A stretch of 64,000 nt of DNA from Oikopleura dioica (Eukaryota > Animalia > Chordata), in NCBI GenBank assembly GCA_907165135.1, contig OU015566.1:9548001-9612000 (forward strand), written 5' to 3'. Below the pieces are notes generated by a model. The model saw nothing but the letters and a program-made list of their open reading frames with translations, was not told where the DNA came from and made no database searches. Positions 25,314-40,155 of the stretch are shown in pieces (the first letter of the stretch is position 1; each line of letters begins with the position of its first letter). Position numbers and translations under genes: made by a program.

Positions 25314-26716
25314 TTAGACGTTTATGGCAGACTTGAAGCACCTGGAAAAGATCGCGTAGAACATCTTAGCGAAGAACTTGAGCGCCGCCTGGCCGCCCGG
25401 AATATACGAAAGCGTAAAGTATGAGAGTGCCACGATCTGAATCGCAGCGGCAATGACTGTCAAAATGTAGCTCTTCGCTCCCATGGCCGCGTAGAGGGTA
25501 AAACTCATTGACAACGTGTAGCCGAGGGTAAACGGGAGACGTTCGGTCGAGATAAGATGCTAAAAGAGAGGAGATTAGAAAAAAGGTTTATTTGCACGAG
25601 CAAAGCCTTTGTTGAAATAGGTTAAAATGAGAGTTCTGAAGAATAATTTCAGGTTTCCTTTTGAAAATTGGCCTGATCTTCCTTCGAAAATACCACAGAT
25701 AATTTCGTTTATGAAACAACCCTTCTACGATAGAACCTTCTATCGAAAGAAAAAATTATCAATAGACTGAACTCCCGGAAGAATAGATAGACACACGCCT
25801 TATCGCGAGTTTAGTCTTGGTTTAAGTTTCCCGGACGAAACTATGCTTATCTTCACCATCCCAAACCCATTTACTGATCACTTCTAAAATTTGACCTACG
25901 TGGAATCGAATCTCACCTTGAAATGCTTCTTGGGCCCATAGAGCAGCGAGAATGAGGAAATGAAGAAGAGCGAGCCAAGAGTGTACAAAAGAGCGAATTT
26001 GCGCGCGGAAACGATCAGCACTGGAAGGTACATTGCCGCCATCATGAAGCAGAGGAGTCCCATGCCCATGCAGCCCATAAAACCGAGGATGCGCTGCTTC
26101 TTTGAAAGCTTGGGACAGAAGGGGTCTGATTCGGCTTCTGATAGCCAAGAAGATCCACCATCACTGCTAGAGAAAATATTTATTACATGAAAATTACTGA
26201 ACAGAACAGCGGGAAAGTCTTACTAAGAACTGTCTTACAGGACCTACATACTGTATGGTAACATTTTATATATATCTGAATTAATTGATCTCAAATCCGG
26301 GTATTTCACTCTAAATATCTATGTCGCATTTTAATCGGTTTATGTGGTTGCTGAAATTCGTACTCGGGTTATATTGCCCTGAAGTTGGGATCCTACTGAG
26401 CAGAAAATAATTAATCAATCAATATCGTCATCGCATGAAATTTTAACCGTAAAATCTGCTTTAAGCAGGTAATACCTTCTGAGCGGGTTCGGAAGCGGAA
26501 TATTTTCCTGAATCTTTGAAGCTTTATTGACTAAATTTCCAAAGCCGCTTTTCGCCCAGCCGAGCAAGTTAGCGGTCTCGGATTCATCGTCTCCTGCATC
26601 ACCAATATTTACCTAAAATTTGTTCATCAAAGATAAACTTAATTTATGCTTACAGAAGTAGACGACTTTCCCGAGAATTCCGCCAAATAATTTTTGAGTT
26701 TTTCCGCATCCGACAT
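25314..26716 (-). CDS. SFT2D3: Vesicle transport protein SFT2 family (SFT2D3-like)
   Basis: LSKKQRILGF...LIVSARKFALLYTLGS...ERLPF...SYIPGG; four TM segments after a long N-terminus. Confidence 0.85.
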
Positions 26717-27728
26717 CTAAAATCAATCCATTTAAGTCCGATAGAATCGAGAAAACATCGAAAGAAAGAGATCGAACGCAGTGTTTTAATGAACGATATA
26801 ATTTATTGCACACGTACTGGTATCAACATAAACGCGTAAGATTGTTGTTTTTATAAAATAGAACTTCCCACTTCCAAAGTTCAAGTTTCCGGGCTCTAGT
26901 TTTCAGTTCCTTCTCTTTTTGAAAATATACGATACAGTTTCATGTTTGGTCAGTAGCTGGATATATACTGTCGAGTCATACAGTCATTAAAGTAATAGTG
27001 GTTGAAAAAAGAAGAGTTGTTATAAGAGAAAGAATAAGAAATATAGAATGGGAAAGGGTTGAATTGAATGATTCTTGATAAAAACTAACTAGGGCCCCCT
27101 ATCTCTCGTTGAAACTCAATTCAATTTGACACCATATTATTAAGGGATTTGGGAACGCTTGAAAAGTGAATTCGAACAAGTTATTTTTACATCTGAACAC
27201 TCGAACGAAGGGTTTCAAGAGCCGATTCAACGAGAGACAAGGAACTCTTCGGAAAAGAAATGATAGAGTACCAAAGTGATGAAGGTAATAGCTTTAACTC
27301 TTATTTCGATTGTAAAAGTAAGTCAAGGCACGTTTCGGCAGGTGAGTGGACTTTTTATTCTTATTTTTTTGTTATGTACTTTCAGGACTATTTCTTTAAG
27401 CGGGGTAGAAGAAGAGGGGGAGAATATACTTTGAGAATATTGAATTTGATAAGAAAAAGCTCGGCGTCTCTACCAGGTATTCAGGTGATTTTTGGCTATG
27501 AAAATATTTTGGGATCAACTTGGTTATCGCAAAGTACAGTCAGATAACCGACCTCATCCCTTAAATTTTAGAGGGATATTAAAGTTAACATTTATACACT
27601 GACATTTTTAATGTACTGAAGTTTTGGGCAACCTGATTTTTAGAACACGCGGCTTTTAGATTTAGTTGAGATATAAATTATATAATAAGAATTATTGGAT
27701 ATGTTTTAAAGGGTTTCTATAATTAAGC

Positions 27729-30335
27729 TTAATCCACTTTGACAGCGCCGTAGATCTTTCGAACGAACCAGTAGCATGCAAGGAAACCGACTGTACCGGT
27801 GAAAAGGAAGATCGCCAGAGTCATGATTGAAGTGTACCTACAAGACAATAGTATAAGTTTTATTCAGAAGAACATCCTAGACGACAATGTCGATTTTTTT
27901 TCTTAATAATATTGGTAGTCTACCAAAGTCATCTATGATAAGCGTTCTTCTCATTATCGATAAGCGATTTTCATTTTAAGAAGTATAATTTGAATTCGAA
28001 TCTTGCTGGAGCGCCTAATATATCCGCTCAAAAAGCAAGCTGCACCTGGATCAACATTTTTTATCTGCCCCTGACGATAAGCTTGAACGTGACCGATATC
28101 CTTATTAAGGATCATGCGTCAAATCAACTCAAGATACTAGCACGAAAACAGCGGAGAGAACTTACCCGAAGTAGATAATAAGCGATGCAGCTCCGTCACG
28201 GAGGTCGAGCTTTGAAGTGCAGAAGTGAGCAGCGTAGATGAAGAAATAAACTGCGGTGAAGCCGGAAGTCAAGTAACTGGAATTCAATTTTATTTCGTTA
28301 ATCATTTTAGCATCAATTTACCTTCTCCACCACCATCTGTAATCTTCGGCAGCGAGGTGGAAGTAGCAAAGAAGAATGGTAGTTTCAGAACACGTGACGA
28401 TGAGGATGATCGTTACCAAAAACAAGAATCCAAACATGTAGTAGATCTTTACATATTATTTATATCGGCTCGTTTATGCTTCATACATACCTGATGAGAC
28501 CAGATAGAATTGAGGATGAAAAACAACTGGATGAAGATGCAACCGAATGGAAGGATACCGCCCATGATGATTCCAGGAATCGGCTTCGTGTAAAAGATTT
28601 GCTCTGGGATCTCACGCTGGATGGGGTTGGTGCGAACAGGATGTTCAATTGGTCGCTTTTTATAACCGTAGAAAGCTCCAAGGAATGTCAGAGGGATGGA
28701 GATTCCAAACCAGAGGAGAAGAATGACAACTAGCGTTCCAAAAGGAATGGCTATTGTAAAGAAAGTTAGTGGTGAAATCAAGGAGGAGAATCCTACCTGC
28801 GCTGGAGTGCTCTCCCCAAAGAATGAGGTTCATCACGAAGAAGATAAAGAAAATAGTTCCAGTAATGAAGCAAGATGTAAGAATGGTGTTTGCTGAAAAA
28901 ATATCAAATCAAAAGAAAAATTCAAATGAAAGCGCTTACATTTCCAAGCTTCGCCGCCGAAGGTCTTATAGAGTCGAGCAGAAACATAACCAGCTGGGAG
29001 ACCGAGGAAAACGAAGAGAACGATTCCGGTTGATCCGAGAGAGCCACGATTAGCGGGAGAAAGGAAGCCAAGGCAAGCAAAGAAGAGGGTGAAGAATGTC
29101 ATAATGATGATCTAAAAGATTATTAACTCTAGTTTCATTCATTGGCAGATTACCTGGGCACCGGAGCCGCAAAGAACAGAGAAGAGCATGGGCGCATTTG
29201 GTGGTCGGAAAACATCACCTGACAAATAACTCATTTTAGAGAAAGAATCGCTATATTACCGTGAACCAGCTTCCAGCCGAATTCTTCTTGAGCTTCTTCC
29301 TGGCTCTCGAGGGAGTTGTATCGAGCAATATCTTTGTGGAGGGATCTGACGGTGATCATGGCGACCATACCAGAGAGGAATAGGACGATGACGAGAGAGT
29401 TCATGATCGAGAACCACTAGAAAACAATAGAGAGGATATTGAAGGAAAAAGAGTACCTGAATATTGGTATGTGGCATAGAATCAAGAATATAATCCCATC
29501 GAGAAGCCCACTTGACGTTGTTGTTCTTGACAAACTTGATGGAGTACGTGTATGGAACGGTAATATCGCCTTTGAGCTCCTGTGGAATGGCCATGGGATC
29601 ACCCTTGCATTCTCCGCTCTTGTAAGACTTGGGATTGAGTCGAGCTGAGATAAGTCGGTTTCCAACGTATCCTCCCTCAACACCGTCGTGGTAGTAGATC
29701 ACGATGTCGTGATGATTAAAGAGGTAGAAATTGGATTTCTTGTTGTAATTGGTGTTGATCACGCAAGCGTCTTTTTGAGTACCATCCTTTGTGACGAAAC
29801 AACCCATAGGAATGCCAGTAGAACAGAAGGTCTTGTGCGCTTCATTATCAACTGGGTAGCACCATGTGACGGGCATGTTGTCAATGATCCAGTGATGCTC
29901 ATAGCTGAACATCATTCCGTGCTTCAAGAATTTCATGTTATCATCGTCGCCAGAATATTTCTTCTCGCAGACTTTTTTGCACGTCTCTTCACTGTCAAAC
30001 TTGAACTTGTATGGCGATGGTCGAATTCTTTCGCCGAAGAGGACCTGGCCAAGATTTTCCGTTGGCGATTTTTCACCGTCTGTGTCTTGGCAGAAATCGA
30101 ATGCGCTAAAGAAGGGATTAGATGATGGATTGAAATGGGAGAGGGATAAGTACCTGTATTCGAATGGAATGGCGGAATCGTGAGAAGTGAGCTTATTGAC
30201 GAATAATTCGATGTCAGCGTGGCAAGGTTGATCTCCTGGATTCTCCTGCCCTTCCCTACAATAGGAAACCGGGGCCAAACCGGGGAGGTAGAAGGCATTT
30301 GCTACTCCCAACAGGAGAACACTCAGACGTCCCAT
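27729..30335 (-). CDS. TM9SF2: Transmembrane 9 superfamily member 2
   Basis: [63 protein letters not shown] and terminal [22 protein letters not shown]. Confidence 0.95.
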
Positions 30336-30920
30336 TTCTTAATTTATAGATTTGATAAGATTGAAGAGTTTCAGTAAGGCATCTATGAGTGTTTTGAAGG
30401 AATCAGGCCGTCACAGTGAAAACAAACAAGGCGGTAAGTAAATTATTGAGATTTTGGATTACAAATTGGCGAATTTGTTGTTTATAAATTTTTAGGAGCT
30501 CATTAGTAGATGATATTTTGGCTTATCATTCTTCTATTCTGTCTATGATATTTACAGTTAGATATTTTACCGCCGAGTTGGCTGAATGAATCAGTAGGTT
30601 TCAGTAGTTTTTATCACACGATGAAATAAATGGGGACACGATTTTGCTACGAAAACAGCCCTTTGAAAAGGTTTGTAATTTCTCGTTTTGGCAAGGAAGC
30701 TACTTTTACTTTAATTTACAGTATTGCGCAGATTTTCATCAATTACCCGTGTTTTTTGCTAGTTAGATTGAACTGAGCTAGAATGAAGAACATGTGGAGA
30801 TTCTGTAGAAAAAATCGAAGAATGCATAAAAAATCGAAGGAGAGGTCAGAAGGGGTGCGTGGTACGACTTTTGTAGCTCAGAAGATAGGTCTTTTGTATT
30901 ATTACTGGTTGTAGAAAGCT

Positions 30921-31813
30921 TCACCACAGGTCCCAGGGTGTTTTGTTTGCAGGAATCGTGTAGGTATGATTATGCGGCAAGGAGAGACTTGCTGCCATCT
31001 GAAATTCAAAATGATTTTTATGTTTGGACGGCTAATTTGCGGCCATGACCAAGTTCTTACGATCTTCTTGTTTTCTATTCTAGAGATTTTGATTGACAAC
31101 TTACGCCGTGCTTGTAGATAGAATTCAAGATCATGTGGCCATTCTTCCCTTGCAGCCAAACAATGGGGATGTCCACAAGATGGCTCTTCTCGCTCCCATC
31201 ATCGACCATGTCAATATTGCTGTCGACGTCGATCGGGTCATCGTTGAAGATAATGGCGCCGATGACTCCTGTGTTCTGAGCCACAATCGCCTTCTCCAAA
31301 AACGAACATCCCCCGCGCTTGATCAGCATCATGTTTCCTTTCAGCTGCGCCACATTGGTGGGCGGCGCGTCTGGACATGCTTCGATTGGGCTTTTTCAGG
31401 GATGATTCTGTGGCTTTTTAGACGATTTAGAGATGATAAGAAGTTATAAGACGATTAATAATTATCTTAGAGGGCTGAAAATAAGAAAATTTCTCGCACT
31501 TTAAATGGATCTTTAGCAGTTGACTTTCAAGTCAGCTGATTTTCGACTGAATTTTTTTTCTGTCATCAAAATGACCATCCTTTCCTGGCGGGTATAAGCG
31601 GAACATGAGACATAAATCGTTCGAATATTCCGCCGAAATCCCTTGCAAATCTTCCTCTGTAACTGTACGCAATATCTACAAGATTAACTGTAAGAACTTT
31701 AAGTTTTCTTCTACCCTACCTTCGGGATGATGAATTTCAAAATAAAGAATGCTTCCGTCGCTGGCTCGCGAAAGAATACTGAGTAACGAAATCGACAGCA
31801 GCCAAAATATCAT
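30921..31813 (-). CDS. PRADC1: Protease-associated (PA) domain-containing protein 1
   Basis: Signal peptide, LYFEI, RDFGGIF, RGGCSFLEK, DIPIVWLQGKNGHMI and C-terminal TPWDLW* match PRADC1. Confidence 0.85.
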
Positions 31814-32820
31814 TTTTCTGAAAACACCAAAATTGTTATTTTTGATTTCTCTTGAAGATGATCCCGATCCAAGTTGAAAAGAATAGTTGTTTACGATGGT
31901 TTTACGCGGCGACTTGCCTCGGAGGAAATAAAGCCCATAAAATTAATACCCATTTTTTCCTGAGAAAAGCCGGTAATCAGATTATAAACTGATAACAATC
32001 GTTTAGCACATGATGAAAACCACTTTCATGATTAAAAGCCGCAACTTACCGGTATCTACAGTATGAAAACCGGTTAATTACTGTGGCATGGAATCCAAAA
32101 TTTTACTTTTTAGCTTACTTTTTATTTATTTAATTTCAAATTCAAAGTGAAAGGTTGTCTTCAGATTTTTTTCTGAAATCAGCCTGTAATAAGTGCGGGT
32201 TTTTTCATGTGCGCTAGAATTTACGCAAAAAGTTACTTTATTAAAAAATCCAAAAAGCGCGAAAAGATCTTTCTTTTTTCTTTCTCACCATTTCATAAAA
32301 ATAAATCCCTTAGTCTCCTACCGTTTTCCTACTATCCGAGATAGTCTATCCCACAATACGCGTTTTCGTCAATTTTCTCTTATTTTTCTTTACCAAATTT
32401 GGCAAAAGTAGTGAAATTTTTACCTTCTCTCATAAAAAAATAAGTTTAAACTTGTAAAAAATTCCGCCCTTAGTCCGATAAAAGGGATGCGAGAAATGCT
32501 ATCCAAAACGCACCGCTAGCCGCGGGGCGGATAATTCTCCCTCCTCTGAGCTCTAAATTTCTACTTCTTCTATTTTCAATCCTTTCTCTTTTTCGAATTC
32601 GTTTTTTAAAAATTCATTCTCCCCGGGCGAGTGAAATTTCGGAGGTGCCACGCGGAAGAATCTCTTTCAAGACACTTTTTCGAGTCAAAAACGGAGCGAT
32701 TATGTAATCCAAGCGATGACGTCATCGCTGGCACAAAACGAGTCAGAAGCTCAACAACAGAGAAAAAAAAGAAAAAGGAGGAATTTGGAACCGGTACACT
32801 CATTTCGGGATTCAGAGATT

Positions 32821-33662
32821 ATGGACAAGAAGAATGAGAAGCTGCAGATGACTGATGAAGAAAAGGAATGGGTTTTCGAATTCGAACTACCATATATGCA
32901 TAACGAAAGAAACCAACTCCATTATTCTACTGCTTGTTTTACTGAGTAAAGAACAAATCTCCGAATATTGAAAAGGGAGAAGCCTTCTGCGGCTTTGAGC
33001 CAAAAAAAATGGAAAAGCCGCGCTTTCCGTGGCTTGAGTTTCTCGGTTTTCAAAAGTAGGAGATTCCGAATCTCAGATTCGGCTAAAAACTCAATAAAAC
33101 TAGCGAAACTTACAATAAAATGGTCACATTCTATGGCTAAATAATTCGGAGTGCCAAAATTTCAACCTCATTATTCAAAAACCGACTCAAGAAAAAATTC
33201 GAGGAAGCAATCAAAAAGCCCGAATTTCGCGAACTTTTCATTGACTACATGAAAGAAATGCAGGATCCAAAGAATAGAGCAGAATATGAACGCGAAATCG
33301 CCAAATACGAAGCCCAAGTAGTAAGTAACTTTTAATTTTGTCTGCATGCCAAACAAAGTCGATTCAATCCAGTGCGTTGAAAACAGTAGTTTTGAATGTT
33401 TGAATAACAAACTTATTATACTCTTTACTAGGCCGCTGAAAACGCCGGGAAGGATCCATTCGCCCAGCAAAAGGCTGAAACTCAGAAAAGCAAGAAAGAA
33501 AAGGAGAAAATCGTCGAACAGCCCGTTGCGAAGAGCAAATCAGTCATCAAAGGATTGGTTCAAAAAGACACCCTAAAAAGTTCCCCTGGAAAACCGTCGC
33601 TTTTTTACCTTTATAAAAGGAAATCGTCGCCGACTCCAAAATTCAAGCGCTGCTTCGTCTGA
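32821..33662 (+). CDS. Short protein resembling only the N-terminal helices of kintoun/DNAAF2
   Basis: PEFRELFIDYMKEMQDPKNRAEYEREI resembles DNAAF2 PEFRRMFSQYAEELTDPENRRRYEAEI. No PIH1 domain follows; 3' end uncertain. Confidence 0.6.
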
Positions 33663-33787
33663 CAAAGACATTTTCTGAAGCAACTTTTCTACAATATTCC
33701 CTGCTAGCCTTTTTATTTTGATACAACATCGAACAAAATATATTTTTATATTATCACCAAAATTGACGTTGGCGTTTTTTAAGATAA

Positions 33788-34715
<928 letters not shown>

Positions 34716-35488
34716 CTGATAACGACACCCTACCAAGCGTTTGTTTTACTTGAACAACATCGTTTCTTTTCTGACTTCTTCCTTTTTCTTTTATTTCTTC
34801 TGCGCCTGTGTCCACGGAAAGCTCATTTCATAAGAAAACAACCAAAAATACAATCATCTGTCCTTATATAATATCACAGCACCATACCATTTCAATCTTG
34901 AACATTGTATCATCCTAATCATAATAGCCATTTTATTAAATCATACGTAGAAATGTACGATCTACGAAAAATTGTATTGCTACTTTTGAAGTCTCATTTC
35001 GGGATGCATTTTTTGCTGTTTTGAAGTCATTTGAGGTCAAATAGCCAAATCTGACCCTTGTCGTTTGATCATTGACGGTCAGATTCTGACCGTCAGAACT
35101 CGAGCTGAGTGACCTTAGATGCGAAGTGACGTGCTCTAGTGGCCTCAAAAGCCGGAAAATGCTTAGGATATCAGGTCGGATCTATATTCTCTACCAACAG
35201 TGCAACCATTCTCTCAACCTTGTGCAATATTGTTCCCCGCGTTCTCTAGTCGAACTAGTTAGTGAGAGTCAACAACTCCAGTTCCGAAACTGTTGATAGA
35301 TTTTCCCCAAGAACAGTATTTAACTCCTTTTCCTTTACTTTTTGTAACAATTTTTATTCGTCTGGGGGATTTTCTGATTGAAAAGAACATATGTTACTAT
35401 ACCTATTTATGAAAAAAACAAACTTTTGAATTGATAAAAATTAGAGAAAATATAGCATAAGAACTGAATCGTTTCTGAATTCAGGTAG

Positions 35489-37134
35489 ATGACCAGTAGG
35501 GAAGAGAGACGGGCGAGGATCGATGAGCTGTTCAAAGTTTACGAGGAAGAAATCGATGGTTTAACCGCCACCAATGTAAGTTACGCTCTCTTCTAGTGAC
35601 CTTCCAATCGATTGCGTATAAGGTGCGGCTGTCGAAAGAACTACGCGATACGAATGTATGCTTGGCCGGCAAGGACAAACTCATCAATGCTTTAAAGAAT
35701 GATAACAAAGCGCTCAAACTTCAGCTTGGAAAACGCACTCCTGTAAGTAAACCAATGTTGAAGAATCAGCGCCTTTATTATTCATGCTTCTGACCATCAA
35801 ATTAAAACATGCTTTTGTACAGTACGACAAAGAGTAAGTTGAATTATAGGTGAAACTCGGGAAGCATATGCTTGAAACAACTTCTGCTGAAATGGAAATC
35901 CTCCAATCTACGAATCAAAAGCTCAAGGAGCAAATCAACGCGCTGCAAAGAAAACTAGATCTTCAAGAAGCCTCCCTCAAATTCATAGAAAAAGATTCAG
36001 CGACTACAAATCCGGATCACGAGCAAAGTTCCGATTCTGGCTTCGCGGACAGGCACTACAACCAGTTGAACAACAACACGAAGCCGAATTTGGAAGTTGA
36101 GGGAGTTCAAAAGGGAAACGCTGCTTTTGGCAATCACAATGGGACGCAAAATTCAATTGACTTCATGAACATTGGGCACCAAGAACTCATGTGCAAGGAA
36201 AACTTCCACCTGACAACGGAAGACATTAATATAATTTACGAAGAAACGCTTCCAGCGCCCGATAATGTTGAATTCTTCACTCCAAAGTAAGTCTATCTTG
36301 TCGGAGTTCACCTCATTCTCTCGTGTTCTAGCAACATGGTAACGCCAAAGAAGAAAACCGATAGAATCGATGTCAACTTCAGCCCTGCTCGATTACCGAA
36401 GAACATCAGAACGCGCGCTGTTCATTCTTCTCAACTTGGTAAGACGTTTCCTTTCGAGCTTACCTTCAAGAGTAAAATTAGGGTCCACCTCATCAAGCGG
36501 AGGCCGCGTTTTCACCATCACTCGTTCGGGCATTTCCTCGCTTCACTCAATGAACCCAGCAGATCCAAACTCAAAGCTGCAGCCTTTCCGACGAACATCA
36601 CCAATGAAACTTTCGCGCGCGCCAGAAACAGCATCCGAGCATCACCTTGAATACGTCAACGCTTCCTCCATCGCTTCTACTTCCAACTCGTCGATCATCT
36701 CAACTTCTAGGACAGTTCCCGCTTCTTCCATCGCCTCAAACAACTTTCAGAGTCTTCCAACAGTCAAATCCGACGCTGATAGAGCAATCACTGAACAGTA
36801 AGTTCTTTCTCAAGGAGTTATTTTTCGATCCACCTCAGAGAGTTCTATGAATTAGCCTGCCACGACATCATATATTAAAGCTTTAATAGCGCTATATTGG
36901 TTTTTAGAAGTGTCTACTCTTACCGTAAAAATTTCAGCTATCCTTCTACCTCAAGTGGCTTAAAAACTGAACCGCTCAGCTCGCCACGAAAACATTCGAT
37001 TAATATTCTAAGACGTCGCCGCATATCACAAAAGGTATTCAACAACCGGATGGTTTTTGTCCAACTTTATCTCAAATTTGTAGAGTACGTTGTCGAAGAA
37101 TAAACCGCAAATCGTCAAAGGATGCAGCATATTA
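35489..37134 (+). CDS. Hypothetical coiled-coil protein
   Basis: In-frame exons MTSREERRARIDELF...|VRLSKELRD...|...EILQSTNQKLKEQINALQRKL, then a Ser/Thr-rich region. 3' exons uncertain. Confidence 0.5.
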
Positions 37135-39912
37135 GGCCCGTCACCAAGCAAGAGTCGAAGAAAACAGACTCTATGACGTCTTAGTCGCTTGATATTGAAA
37201 TATTGAGGACTTTCAATAAAAACACTTGATGCAAGTTCATTTCTTTATTATCCTTGACTGAAGTATCAACTCAATCTGATGCACATTTCATGTCTCATGC
37301 AAATGTTGTATGTTCCATTCGGACCCCATTCTTTCGGACAAAGCTTCGCACAGGCTGTGCCGCAACTATTAATGCAACTGTGCCTACTTTCTTTATACTT
37401 TCACTTGATATACTATTGTGAATCCAACTCGACCAACTTAATCAATCTTGACCCAGCATTGTATTCATCAATCATGTGTTTAAAGGGTTTGATTTCCTTA
37501 CCGTTCACTGCCCCATGTTCTTGCGAGATGCTGTATATATGTTCCACTAGGTGGCTTCCCTTCTATTTCGGCCCGGGTGATCCTTACGAGGTATTTTATT
37601 CCTGACGATTCTGTCTTCCCGCGCATTCTAACTATGATCTGCCATTTCTATGGCGATCTTGCTCGTTAGGGTTAATCATTCTTAATAAAACCAGTGCCGA
37701 AAATGACTTAAAAATATTGTGACACATAAAAACTTTACAATAAAACATCTTTCTTTATCATCTGACCTTGATCGTTAGCAAGCGTTTATACTTGAATAAT
37801 CACGGAATTTGTACTGAGTTTAGTTTTAATGCATGCATGCTTCAACTACGTCCATTCGTGTAGATTAATTGTACTCTTGAATTTTAAACTAGCGATCAGC
37901 TAAACACTCGTCTAGTTTTCAGAACAGCTTGCATACAGCAGAATTCTGGCCGCCCTTCAACTTCTTTGTTTCTTTTTAGTTAGCTTGGGAGGGTAGTTTA
38001 TTCTTGTATGTCAAGTAGCTTTAATTTTAAAAAGCGTGAAGAGGCAGAATAAGGATGCGTTTTTTTAAGTCCAGGATATTGATGTTCAGTTGGAATACAG
38101 TCGTTGCTGGCAGCTCCTTGAGACGAAAAGATAATTAGACCTCGGATTCCCGGGCGTTGTGGCTTATCCGGGTATGAGCTCTCGTGGCGATCCGAGTAAG
38201 CAGACTTTGTATTGATAAACTATCAGCTTCGGTCGAAATTATCTTTGTTGATTACCCTACTTATCAAAGAGCATCTTTTAATGCAGTACATGCTTATAGC
38301 AGGCACTTAATTTCGCCGGTTAAATTATTGCCCATGCATTTTCTTGATCAGTGAACACAGAATAACTTGAATCCAAAATTAAACCTTCCTTGGATCGCTG
38401 CCTTTACTACAGAAATCATGAGAAGAAACGCGCCAACGTACAGCAGTTGATTTGAAGTTGATCTTAGTTTCGCAGGTCGAGCTGAAGATAAGTAATTAAA
38501 ACAGGATAGCTTTGTGATTGCATTTGGAGGACTGATTACTGTCCATTTTAATTAGCCTCTAACCTGCTTCGGGAAGATTGATTACATAAAAGACGCCGAC
38601 CATTCCACTGATGAGTAGAAAAAATGTAATCAGGTTCGAAAATGTTATTCATGCATGTGATTCAATAACTCATGATCAACGAAACACGCTCATTTTGTTG
38701 CATTATCGAATTACTGTTGTTTTTCGACCCTAATCTCCACACGTCGTGCGTAAACAACTGACTGGATTTAATGTTTCTGGCTTCTCCTCAATCAGCTCAT
38801 CCTCTTAAAATGAAGCAATAAAATTGTATCGACAGCAATTTAGATAGACATCGGCGTCATCGAGAATTTATCGAGCTTGTACTGTAGTATTTCCTTTTTG
38901 AATCGAGTCCAGTCATCATGATCTTAGAACACTTAGTCGTTCTTAAGCCGGGACGAATACCCTTTGTATATTCAGAATAATATAGATACGAAGAGTAGAA
39001 GACACTCAAACGCATTATTTTATCATTGTCTACTCTACGGCTTCATTGGATACATGTACTATCATTACGTGTTAATTAAGTACCTGTATATTCGCGCTTT
39101 AACCTATCGTATCGTATTTTGTAATCTCTAATGATGCTCATCTGATTTTTCGAATCTTTCAATGGGCTCTCCATATTTCTTCTCGTATCTTTTCTCATTA
39201 CTTCATCCATTTATTACAGTTCTACATACAGCCGAGCATCTGGTGTCCCGGAGCGAACGCGCAAAAAAACGAAACGTATTACAGCTTTAGCGTGAATATC
39301 AAATAGGCTGATATTCTGAATATCTGTTCGTTACTGTATCCAGTATGCTCACTCAGTAACTAAATGAAACTAAAGAGACGTGAAGGAAAATCCATAGACG
39401 ATATCGTCTTGCGCTAAAAGGATTACAACATCGATTTGGCATCCAAACATCTGGCCACACAAGCCACCATGTTGATGCATGTCAACCTTCTGCATCGGAA
39501 CTCATAAGTGTTGTTGAACTTGACTGTCAATGATAAATTATAAAATCAAAAGATGGATGTTCTAAAAAGCCGAAAATATTCACCAACTCGTTCATTATTT
39601 TTTTCGCACTCATTTCAACCCGACTATCCAGACAGTTTTGACAAGCTTACCTTACAGAAGCAGTCCTCTGGACAATACGCGCTTGAGGCACTCGAGGGCA
39701 CTTGCTTCGGGACTAATTACCTCATCAAAGGTAGAAAAACGTTTCTGCTATTCCAATATGCATGGGTAAGTGGAATTGAATATGCACCTGCGCTGAATAC
39801 TTTATTATTCCGGAGATATAAGGGGTCACCATCGCCCTGGCCAGAGCACAGAATCAAAAAACAACTCAGCTCGACAAATTGACTTTGACAAAACAAAACT
39901 TTTTGAAAAGAC

Positions 39913-40155
39913 ATGAGATTCTCGACTATTTCCCTGCTTCTTGGTCAGCTCGCCAATGCTATGTCTGATGATGAGCTTTTGCGAATGTTTTCAAGAAGAT
40001 CGCCAGTTAGCCATGTAAGTTGATTGAACCCGTAACATTCCAGGAGAATAATCCGACATAGACTTGTGCTCATGAAATTTTTTCAGAATCTCCAGGCCGC
40101 CCGCCCGTCCAAACGAATGTTCGACCCGTTTTCAGTCGACTATGAATTTTATTAA
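39913..40155 (+). CDS. Small secreted prepropeptide (candidate neuropeptide/hormone precursor)
   Basis: Two exons joined by GT-AG intron 40015-40086: MRFSTISLLLGQLANA-MSDDELLRMFS-RR-SPVSHNLQAARPS-KR-MFDPFSVDYEFY*. Confidence 0.6.

Noticed and set aside
29417-30298. Multiple sense and antisense ORFs over TM9SF2
   Set aside because: Shadow frames of a conserved coding region.
39241-39262. TGGTGTCCCGG... possible retrotransposon primer-binding site
   Set aside because: No LTR pair, gag/pol remnants or tRNA match that I can support.
37200-39500. 2.3-kb ORF-poor stretch
   Set aside because: No repeats, RNA gene or coding signal recognised; probably regulatory or degenerate repeat DNA.
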